From: Penicillus capitatus
Lineage: Eukaryota; Plantae; Chlorophyta
Direction of reading: 5' to 3'
DNA: 64,000 bases
Assembly: GCA_965649825.1 (NCBI GenBank)
Contig: OZ287717.1
Coordinates: forward strand, 137,201-201,200
Part shown: positions 53,901-64,000 of the stretch, piece after piece
Layout: every line of letters starts with the position of its first letter
Position numbering within the stretch: position 1 is the first letter of the stretch
Translations under genes and position numbers: made by a program
Notes under the pieces: generated by a model
Seen by the model: the letters and a program-made list of their open reading frames with translations, nothing else
What the model was told of the DNA's origin: nothing
The model's database searches: none

Positions 53901-55099
53901 GGGTAAAATTCGTGTCTTCTGTCGCGTTCGGCCGATGCTGCCGTTTGAGAAGAATAAGGGACAGAGCATTGCGATCTCTGTTCCGGACGAGCTCACCATC
54001 GGGCACCCCTGGAAAGACGAGAAGAAAAACAGAGAGTACGTTTTTGACACCGTGTTCACACCGGATATCTCACAAGAGAAGGTCCGTCACACATTTCTCA
54101 CACTTTTCCGCCGCCACGGCTGGTGCTGCTCTAGGTGTTTGCCGATACAAAGCACTTGATTCAGTCAGCCATCGATGGGTTCAATGTATGTATCTTCGCG
54201 TATGGACAGACGGGATCGGGCAAGACGTTCACCATCTACGGTTCCGAGAGTAATCCTGGACTGACGCCACGTGGCATCTACGAAATCTTTGACCTGATCG
54301 AGCGAGATGCCAACAAGTATACCGCGACGGTTAAGTGTTACATGCTCGAGCTGTACACCGATTATCTGGTCGATCTTCTCGCGCCGGACAAAAAGAAGCC
54401 TGTAAGAATGGCGGCGCGTACTTAAGGCAAAAAGTGTGACCTTTGTGTGACTAGGCAAAACTGGAGATCAAGAAAGATGCGAAAGGAATGGTGATCGTGA
54501 ACGGCGCGACGCTCGTCGAGGTGCACAGCGGACAGCATCTGATGGACACAATTGAATACGGGCAGAAGCGCCGCCACGTTTCGTCGACGCATATGAATCG
54601 CGAATCCTCGCGTTCGCACTTGATCATGAGCTTCATCATCGAGACGACGAATCTGCAGACGCAGGCCGTGTCCCGCGGAAAACTGAGTTTCGTAGATCTG
54701 GCCGGTTCCGAACGAGTGAAGAAATCCGGCGCTCTGGGAGAACAGATGAAAGAAGCCCAAGCCATCAACAAATCGCTGTCCGCTTTGGGCGATGTGATTT
54801 CTTCCTTGGCTACGGGAACAGGCCACATCCCCTACCGAAACCACAAACTCACGATGCTTATGAGCGATTCGTTGGGAGGCAATGCCAAGACGCTGATGTT
54901 CGTGAACGTCTCGCCGACGGATAGCAACGTCGACGAGACGCAAAACTCACTCGTCTATGCCACACGTGTGCGTGCCATCAAGAACGATCCGTCCAAGATG
55001 TTGGCTGGCAAGGAGCAAGCGCGACTGAAGAAACTGAATGATCAATGGAAAGGCGGCAAAGCGAATTACGCCGATGGAGCGCTCGCAGAGTACGAATGA
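50931..55099 (+). CDS. KCBP: KCBP-B, diverged tandem paralogue of KCBP-A
   Basis: Same architecture; motor [36 protein letters not shown]; CaM-site-like KEQARLKKLNDQWK; GC-AG intron 53824-53873. Confidence 0.96.
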
Positions 55100-55656
55100 A
55101 AATTTGCGGCGGCGGCGGCGGCGGCCGTTTTCTGCCGAATCTATGCCCTTCATGACTGTGTATTGTCTGCCAATAATAAGTGCTCGTGTTTTCGTCTATA
55201 ACGGTTAAAAGTTCACTTTTTTGCGGCGCTGACATTGTGGGAAATGCAGATTTGGAGAGGAGGTCATCTCGCCGCCAATCCCCACAGCGTCCCCATAAAA
55301 CAATGAAAATCTCTATGACCACAACCACCGCTATCTGATGATCCATTGTTTGTGCTATTATTCTTCATTCCATAGAGATGGTGGATAGAACACACGATAT
55401 TGCATTTCTGTCCGTCTACTATCGATTGCCCTCCCCTCTGTTGCGATTCTTGTCGCCACGCCTGTGGATGGTGGACATACCGATCAACAACCTTATGATG
55501 ATGTGTCGCTCAATATCCACGCCATGAGATCGTCACAGTCATGAATGTGGTGTCTGTCAAACTCGTTGTGTCCCTGAAACGACGTCCCGGATCACATCGC
55601 GGAGATAACGCTAGTACTTTACAATCAAATGTCACATCGTCCAAAGTGTGAGATGC

Positions 55657-56169
55657 TTAAGCAGAGCCGAGCGCTTTTTCGGCATGGTAGACCACATAGA
55701 GAAAGCCATCCTCATCTTTCTGCTTCTCGTACACCGACATCATCAAATCACCTGTCACATCACAGCTCACACTTTGTGCCTTGGTCAAGAGTGAGACCCG
55801 TGGCGGGCAGGATGCCGTTGATGAAGATGAAGAGCGTTTTTTCGTGCTCCAGTTTGATTCTCTTGCGGATAACGTAGACAAACTGACCGACGGTCAAGTC
55901 ACCCGGCACCAGATACTTCTTCTTGTCAATCCCTGGCAACGAACACTTGCCATACCTCTCCACAATCACCTAAAGGCGCCCCGCGCGTCAAACGGCGGCG
56001 CAAAACGGCGGCGCGGACCGGTATGCGCAAGGGATGCTTCTCCTTTATCTTTTCTGCCTCTGCCCGTCGCGTATCTATTGGACACAGCGCATCGAGGACG
56101 TGACGCGAGCGGCGGATGGTCGCTACCGAACGCGTGTTCCTGTTTGAATGCACTGACTGGTTCTTTCAT
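55657..56169 (-). CDS. ATG8: Autophagy protein ATG8
   Basis: [71 protein letters not shown]; 3 introns. Confidence 0.96.
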
Positions 56170-56605
56170 CGTTTGTCGCCTTCGCGTAATCCGTACGATA
56201 AAGGGGCACCGTCTGCAGCTCTACCCTCCTGTCACATCATCTGCCCTGTCAGTGACGCGACGTCGTGTGGCACCTCGGGCGGTGTGTTTAGCATCGGATC
56301 TTTCAGAAGAGGACGGTTGGAAAACGATGTGAGGCATCAGCAAAGGTAACCGGCCACAGTCATCCCTTGTCATCGCCCTTTCGCTGAAAATCATCCATAA
56401 CGCAGAAAAACGTCTTCCCTGTCACCGACGCAAAACCGACGCCCGTCACCAAAAGCGACGCGCGCAGCATACGGTCCTGTCTCGAAGGCAGGTGTCGATG
56501 TGACGTGCGTTGCGCGACGTTTCTACTTAGGCGACGTGAGACGAAGGGCCTGACGGTTGCGTGACCTCTCCACGACGTCACTGTACTTAAGACGTGTCGA
56601 CATCC

Positions 56606-58975
56606 ATGTCACGACCCGACGACCCCTTCTCGCTGAATCTCGCCGCACGTGAGGCTCTCGGTCGTTTTCTGAGTCCTTCGGTTTATTGGATGCCTGGACA
56701 GGCCAGTTGGGCGGCTCTTCATCTCACACTTTTAACTGTGAGACATTTTTGCGCATCTCTATGTCACGCGCCCGATCTGTTGCGCAGATGGCCACACCGA
56801 TGCGGCATCGACATCCTTCTACACGGCAGCCTCGTCGATCAACGGTAGGCGCGCTCATGTATGACCTGTCACATCATCGAGATGCACCGCAGGAGATAGA
56901 GAAGACGTCCGCAGACGTTCCACACGTTGGGGTAGCGCTAGATCATGCCCTTTATTTTATCCTGAAAAATATCTCGCAGGGAGTGGACGGCAGAACCACC
57001 TGCAAAACATCTTTACGTTAAAAGAAGGAGATCTATTTGCTCAGAGGTACGGGTTTGACGCTTACGGTTAAAGACGTCATTGGATGCTTCGTTAGGTATC
57101 GCATACAGGGACGCACACCGAAGAAGCCACTGCAGTTCTACGCGACTGCCCTGCGCAACGGCGCCAGCGTTGGTCTCAAATTCTACCCCTGGCCATACGA
57201 CGGCCTCTCAAACTGCATCGCCAAATACGAACGCGCCAAGCACAATGATCTCGTCTGCAGGTCGCCCATCCGCCCGCGACGCAAAGATCACACGGTATCG
57301 ATGCTCAGGATGATCGAGTATGTGCCAGAAGACGAGCGATTTCCACCTTGCGTCGTCTGCGAGGACGGCGATTTTGCGTTGAGTGTCCTGATCGGGTCGT
57401 CAAGTCTGCCACCCGTCTTCCGAAAGATCCTTGTGCAAAACGTACGGCAGATAACGCAGAGATCTTCCAAAGGGCGTCCATCGAATGCGTATGGCGTTTA
57501 GGTTTTCAAGGCGCTCCACAAGCTTCACGCGCTGAAGATCGTCCACGGCAGTCTCCGACCGGAGAAACTGATGTGCTTCCTGCCGGACTTCACTCTCAAG
57601 ATCGCCGATTTCGACACCGCGCGCTTCAGTGGCGAAGAGGCCGTGCCAGAATCTCCATCAACGCTCGAGGGCCTACTGCCCTACGCATCGCCGGAGATCG
57701 TGCAATCGGCAGAGTTCAGGCAGAAGCTCAGATACCACGCCTCGTGCGATATCTGGACAGCTGGCATCCTCGCCTGCGAGCTCCTCACAGGTCGGCCGGT
57801 CGGTGGCGGCGCAGAACGTGATCGCGTTTCTGTAGGAAGCGGCTTCTACGGTGCATCGCCGAGTATGGAGTACATGACCGATGTCGCCGCCGACAGAGAG
57901 CCCCTTCCCGAGATCGTCTGCAACGACAGACACATTCGGGCTTTTCTCCAGACGTTGCTTCAAATGGATCCCTCTCAGCGACCCGCCGCCACCCTCGCTC
58001 TCGAAGACGACGTCTTTCACACATTGGACGTCACATCACCCGACCCCGTCGAAATGCAAGAGGCAGGCACACCACGGATATCCACTTAGCTGATAACGCT
58101 GTGCAGGTCATCCAGCGACTCTCCGGAATCGAGAGGGCTTTTCATATGCAGCTCGGCGGAACGGTGGCCTCCCATCTGAGCCCCAGCGTCTCGTTGGAAT
58201 GGTTTGATCCGTCGACCAAAGCGGATGAGCCGTTTGAGCAACGACAGGCGAGCGAAGCGCTGTCAGGCAGCTTCGTAGAGTCCGACGAAAAACGCGTGTT
58301 CCATTTCTTGCGGATCGGCGAGAGCTGCCGTCTGAGGATTGTCGTACAGTACGATCCCAATGTCCGCATTCGCGTGCACGAAGTCACCTCCGTTCGTCTC
58401 CAGACGCCAGACGGAGAGCCTGTCGAACTGGAGAGGCGTGTGCTGTCGAATGACGCCTCGACGTGCGTGACGGTGGCGCTTGTGGATCCATCCAGCATTC
58501 CTTCGCAGAGACTCCGCGACGTCTGTCCCCTCACCGGCACGTGCGACGCGCGTTACGTCCGTCTGGATCTCCGTATCGAATTCGTCGCCTGTGGCGATTC
58601 GGATCAGACGCTCGAAGCCAATCGCGTGCTCTACTGTAAAATGGTCCCGCCGAAGAGTCGACTGCGTTACCGCCGATTTGTCAGGGCATGTCGGGAAAGG
58701 TGGAAGCGCATGCCAGAGTGGATAAAGAAGACGACGCAAGGTATTGGATGCCGCATGAAGACCAGCGTGCTGGTGGTCTGGTGATGCACCGAAGGCATGG
58801 CACACTTCTCTCCACATCTCGCTCATATATAAGCCTCCACCGCTGCAATTTTTCCTGTGGGTCAGTAGGTGCGTTCGGCTCCTCAGCAATGGCGATTCTC
58901 ACGGAGGCTGCTGGTCATGGGAGAAGGGTGTTTTGGTCTGAGCACCCGTCGACTGGGGACCTGCTTTGGAAGTGA
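56606..58975 (+). CDS. Pseudokinase + DUF3694-like domain, family member 1
   Basis: LKFY, PPCVVCEDGDF, HGSLRPEK (catalytic Asp absent), KIADFD, YASPE, CDIWTAGILACELLTG, DPSQRPAA; then the C-terminal beta domain. Both ends approximate. Confidence 0.8.
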
Positions 58976-59191
58976 CAGGATCGCTGTGTCCGAAAACATT
59001 ACCGAAACGCTTTGTAATTCAATGTTTCCTGAAGAGGGATCGCATGGGAGGTGCTTTGCTGTGCAGTCGCCGGCGCCTGTCACATCAAATATCCGCCATG
59101 ATTTCAGAACGGTCAGCGACGATGACGACCGCGCAGGCCTCGACGCCGCGGTTCATCCCACAGCTCGCAAGGTCGATACGGACGAATAGAG

Positions 59192-62003
59192 ATGCGCCAC
59201 TCGTTTGAGCCAACGGTTATCATTCTTAATTCTTCAAGGCACACACAGCGTCGCTGTTCAAACGGAATCTTTTTGCGTTTCCTCAAACTGTATGCTTCAC
59301 AAGAACGCCGCCACCAAGCCACAACGGGCTTAAAAGGCCGTAAACCGACAGAAACTGCACAAAATACTTGGCACCAAAGGCACGTATCACAGCGGACCCC
59401 ACGCCGGTGAGTGGCATGTATGTTATCCACACCGTGCATGCTGTGAGCTATTGCCTTTCCAGACGCTGAGCTCTTGCCTCGGGCAGAGCGCACGAAGATG
59501 TCAGTCTCCCTCTACCCAAGTAAGCAGCGCGCCTTCGACGAACTCACGACGGCGCTCAGTGTCACTCCACGCGCTTTCTGCGTTTGGCTTTTTCTGTCCT
59601 GCACGTCATGTCTTTGCTAGGAGCGTCCGTGCATTCGAGCTGTGTCTCTACGGCCTCTCGATCGAATAGAGCACGAAGCAGAGTGGAAACCGTCGATGCC
59701 GTACTCCCCCTTTCCCGAGGGACCTCGCGCACAAGCGAATCTTCCTGGGATGTCACGCACACGGGCGGTCTACGCTTCCCGCCGCCGTCCACAACCGACG
59801 TAAGGCAACGCCGCTCGACTGCAGACGACAGCGCTATGGATACGCTTAGGGCCGCAGCCCTAGTTCGAGGCGCTCCTTCACTCCCAGTTCCAGTTCAAGA
59901 CAGTCCTTCACACCCAGTTCCAGTTCAAGACAGTCCTTCACACCCAGTTCGAGACAGTCCTTAGGGACGTCCTCGCACAGCCATTCCTCACCCTACTTCT
60001 CCGCCCTCTCTGCCATCGGTGCGTCTGCACTGGCGATGCCGCCTCGCTCAACTGAATATGGGCTGCTCTCCAGCGGAAGGACCGGAAAGCGACGATGACG
60101 ATCTCTTCTATGGCGAACAGGGAAGCAGCTTCGACTCCTTCTATGGTGTGGAAGACATTCGGTCGGTCGATGACACCCTTCCGAATCTGGCAGACCTAAA
60201 AGAAACGGAGCTCTTTGCCAACAGGTAACGCCGGCGCCGCGGATTGGACATGAGGATGGAAGTGTGATGCACCAGATATCGTATTGAACCGCAGGCGCCG
60301 TCCAGAATCTGGAGTCGTTTCGCCATCGACTCCTACACCAGACGCAAGGTCGTGCTCAGATTCTACCCGAACACGCCGAAGCTCTGCAAGACGGTCACTG
60401 TCATGCACTCGCACCTGGATGCACAGAACTGCGTCTGCCGGTGCGTGCATCCGCCAGGCACTTCTGATTAGAGTGCCCCCAGCAATCGACCGAGACCATC
60501 ACGCCTCTGTGGTGCAGATTGCTGGAGACGATCGAAGACGTACCCGGTTTTCCGCCGTGTCATGTCGTGGAGCGTGGAGACATCACTTTGGATGAAGTGA
60601 TGGCGCGCAACCGACTGTCCGCAAAGGAGAAGAGAACCGTTCTGCATCAGGTCCCTCGCCTCCGCTCATCGCATCCTCAGTACCGCCACCTTCTCTGCAG
60701 ATTCTCAGAGTCCTCAAGACGCTGCACGAGATGGGTGTTGTGCACGGAGACGTGCGGCCGGAGAAGATCCAGTGGTGTTCGTCCGAGCTCAGATGGAAGC
60801 TGTCGGATATCGAGACCTGCCAGTGGATCGGCATGCGCAATCTCGCAGCCAGCAGTTCGGAATTCGCGGCGCCGGAGGTCGTCCAGTCAAGCGTCCGCGG
60901 AACCCGGCTGCTCCCGCATCCCTCGGCAGACATGTGGTCCATCGGGATCATCGCCCACGAACTGCTGACCGGTAGGGTCAGCGCCCGGAACTGAACGCGG
61001 ATGACGGGCACTCATCTGCTGTGCGCAGGGGAGCCGTTCTATGGACCGAAGCTGACGGCGGACTGTGTGATGAAGATCTTGACGTTGAAGGCGCCGCTCC
61101 CCCAAGTCCAGGCCGACAGTCACGTCGAAACGGAGTTCCTTCGCAAACTGCTCTCGACCAACCCCAATACACGGCTCGAAGCGCAGGAGGCATTCGGGAG
61201 TTCAGTCTTCCGACCGGAGGCGGTGTTGCCCCGAGGCAGGACCGCACTGAGAAAGGTAAGCCTCCACGATCGCGACGAGGACCACGGTCACACTTAGCTC
61301 GTGTGATGACTGTCAGCTCAATCGGAAGATACTGACCATGGAGATTGCGCACCAGGAGAATCTCCTGCGGGATATGGCGGCGCGTCTGCGCGTGTCTATA
61401 CACATCGAGCAGTTTTGCAGGAAGGGCGATCAGAGGGATAATCATTTTGAGCTGATGGAAGGAACAGATGTGGAGTCGACCACCGACGATGGACTGCCGA
61501 ACCAGAGCATCCATCTTCTGCGACTCGCCGAGAGCTACCGGCTGCGGATCAACATCGAAGACGAGCCGGACATGCCGCTGGCGGTCGAAGACATCGAGAG
61601 CGTGACCGTTCAGATGCCAGACGCGCCGCCTATCAACCTGGAGACCGTCGTCACGGCGCACAACGTCCATCGGCAGGAGGTCGTGGCGCTCATCGATCCG
61701 TGCAAATCCGAATCGCCGTCGCTGCAGCGCATCTCTCCGTCCTTCGGCGGCGTTCAGAGACAGTACGCGAAGATGGAAGTGAAGATCCATCTGCGTCACC
61801 GGGACAATGCCTCGTGGGGATTCGATCTCAAACGCAGTGTCTACTGCAAGATGGTGCACCAGCACAGTCATCTGCTGTACCACAAGATCATACAGAAGGC
61901 GAAGGAACAGTGGGAGGGCGCCCCTCAGTGGATCAAAAGGGGCGTGCAGTTATGCCATTTCTGGACGCACTGCGACCATCCGTCCGGCGACGAGGCGGCG
62001 TGA
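59192..62003 (+). CDS. Degenerate protein kinase + DUF3694-like domain, family member 2
   Basis: Ser-rich N-terminal exons; LRFY, PPCHVVERGD, HGDVRPEK, KLSDIE, FAAPE, ADMWSIGIIAHELLTG; C-terminal domain 61317-61940. Start and last exon uncertain. Confidence 0.8.
59883..59962. repeat. 30-bp tandem repeat (2 units plus a shortened third), probably coding SFTPSSSSRQ
   Basis: CCCAGTTCCAGTTCAAGACAGTCCTTCACA x2, then CCCAGTTCGAGACAGTCCTT; lies in a spliceable in-frame exon of member 2. Confidence 0.9.
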
Positions 62004-63227
62004 GTCGGTCGTCCACTCTCGGCGCTCGTTCGAAGCAGCCGGCAGCTGTAGCTATCGTGAATGGGGGTTTTTCTACTGATACCCGCACAAGCGATCCCTC
62101 TGAATATCGGCAAAATTTTTCTCTATGTGATTCGACCGATGGGCTTTCAGCTATGACTTCTTTCTACCAGATTCTTCCAATCGAGCGGCGCACGCATCGT
62201 GTGACCATTCAGCTCGATTCAATTGTTTTAACTCAGATCTACTTGTGAACAATGCGACGTTCGTTTTCTGATATGTCTGACTCGATTTCTCGATGATTTT
62301 TGGTCTGCTTCGCCCAAGTACAGAGCCGGGTGCCTTGTCTTGCGGGGAAGATGACGTCTGCCGTCTTTACTCACACTAGAGCATTCTAACTCGTTGGTGG
62401 GAAAAGTACTTCAGAAGCTATCACGACACTTACCTCCTGTGACATTCAAACACTCACGTGAGCCCCCAGCTTGCCCTAGTGGAGAGATGCATCACGCGGG
62501 GTATGGTGTCGTGACTAATAGGGTGCTGTTAAAAACTGAGAGTGATCATTTCTTCGTGTTAAGTAGAACGAACATTTTTAAGAACACGCAGCCGGCGATT
62601 AGAGAACCTCACGATCTTGCGCCTTGACTCTCGACGCGCAACAAGCGACCGCCTCGCGCACGACGTCAGAAGACCTAGACTGCGTGAAGAAGAGAAGGTC
62701 CATCCGTCAAGGACTGCCCTATCCTGGGAGAATTTTCTCAAGGAGCTGCCGTTTCAGTGACGTGGAGAGCCGCTTGGTTTTCTTGTACACATCTTGGCTA
62801 TTGTCTGTAAGTTTGTGAAGAAATGCCAACGCGTGTATGTGTGCAAGGATAGGAGATCTGCATCGACACAGAGACGAGGACTGCGTCAGCTAATGGATTT
62901 GAAATCGGGGCTCGGAGGCAGAGCACTCGAAGCGCTGGGCCAGTCCTCAGCCGTTCATCCAAACCGTCGCCATCGCGGACTGCCTCGCCGAACGCATTGC
63001 CCTTTTCACTAACCAGTACAATTATACAGTTTGAAATCCTTCGTCCTTTAAAATTCGAAGTAGACTTGTTCCTAGGAACGCAACAAGACGGGGAAGAACG
63101 AACTAAACAAGCACGCCGTTGACAATACTCCGACAGCGACATTTTTGACAAAGAAGACGCAGCTTCCGTTGACAAAACAGTCGAGTCTGTCTGACAGCCA
63201 GCGCCTACGACCAAGGACACTCAAGAG

Positions 63228-64000
63228 ATGACTTCGTGTTCAGAAATTCTTTCACCTTCAACGACGAGCTTCACTGAAGACCGCGGAGACTTCAGCGAGC
63301 AAGAGCGGATATGGAGCTGCGTTGAGGCTGGATTGTCTATGGACCGTGCCTTCGCACGCAAAAGGCGACTTCAATTTTTGCCTCAGTGCAATGCCGTTCC
63401 ATTCAACGTTGGCGACAAGAGCGCTTACTCCATTGGCGATGCGCGCACCCAGACAGGTCGTGTAGCAAACGGAAAGCCGCCTCGGACACAGGACTTTCGT
63501 ACAGGTTGCCTTGCGCACCGTCGCGTTCTTAGCCACGAAATGCGACCGTGCATGAGTCCATTACGAGACATTGCCCAACAAAATAATGAGGTGGATAGGG
63601 CAGGGGACGATGGGGGGTTGTTACGCCCGTTGGCGCATGGCTATGTCGTGGCGAATAGGTGAGCAACGCCGACGTTGTGCACCTGTCTCCTATCAGTCTC
63701 TGTGTACTGCGAGGTTTGTGGTGGTGGATGAGGGCGAGGCGTCCCGTCCTGGGCGAAACTGTCGCTTTGCTCGGGATCTGGACAATGGCCAACGCGTTTT
63801 TCTTCGGTTTTTTTCGCGATACTCGGTCGAGTTCCATCACGTCGCCGAGATGCATGAATGCCTCAGAGATAGCCAAGCGGTTTGCAGGTAACGTCGCTGT
63901 CGCTGTCGTGCACGACCCGCAGACGAGAGGTTCTGCGCTGCAGGCTTGTGGATGCTCTTCCCGGTACAGAGGAGCTGCCTCCCTGTCTCGTCTTCGAGGC
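63228..64000 (+). CDS. Kinase family member 3, 5' part (runs off window)
   Basis: ..VVANR/FVVVD..FARDLDNGQRVFLRFF..AVCR/LVDALPGTEELPPCLVFE, with intron positions matching members 1-2. Start uncertain. Confidence 0.75.

Noticed and set aside
17227-56229. Regular spacing of GATGTGAC (three gaps of 475-480 bp)
   Set aside because: Other gaps vary widely (109-545 bp and more); too few sites to claim periodicity.
35643-59962. CRISPR-like ~30-bp repeats at 35.65 and 59.9 kb
   Set aside because: Only 2-3 units, no unique spacers, eukaryotic context, no cas genes.
60058-60075. MGC myristoylation/palmitoylation start for kinase member 2
   Set aside because: The ATG appears to lie in an intron (GTGCGT..CTCCAG) that joins upstream Ser-rich exons in frame.
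30100-61883. Long antisense or off-frame ORFs (30100-31104, 46051-47166, 51548-52192, 60978-61883 and others)
   Set aside because: Shadows of GC-rich codon usage on real genes; no motifs; duplicated only because the host genes are.

Overview
Compact, intron-rich eukaryotic nuclear DNA with about 28 spliced genes. Introns are mostly ~45-70 nt and the standard genetic code is used. A Psb27-H2 homologue, several KCBP kinesins and plant/algal-type DCP5, DeSI and KH genes indicate a green alga; a siphonous ulvophyte (Bryopsidales) is my inference, not something the sequence proves. Recognisable genes, left to right: 3' end of a gene with a DUF3694-like domain, WD40-TRP channel, LSM14/DCP5, CDC5, Bin3/MEPCE, DeSI, DCP1, USP7/UBP12, Psb27-H2, SCCPDH-like, membrane proteins, bacterial-type 3-hydroxybutyrate dehydrogenase, a motor-less KCBP derivative, two TANGO2, a 5-KH RNA-binding protein, COX23-like, two full KCBPs, ATG8 and three tandem (pseudo)kinase genes, the two complete ones ending in a DUF3694-like domain. 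No rRNA, tRNA, CRISPR or transposase/RT was recognised. Most striking: (1) a ~2.83-kb, ~98% identical inverted repeat (28260-31091 / 46130-48958) shared by a motor-less and a motor-bearing KCBP and flanking 15 kb that holds both promoters, a geometry where inversion would swap promoters and first exons; (2) two strongly over-represented orientation-independent motifs, GATGTGAC (30 copies) and AAGAGTGA (17 copies), concentrated in introns and often in splice-site-pairing hairpins; (3) at least 5 GC-AG introns; (4) a degenerate-kinase + kinesin-3-tail-like gene family; (5) a sharp two-state GC/CpG mosaic. Gene models, counts and identities are by hand, so boundaries are approximate where stated.
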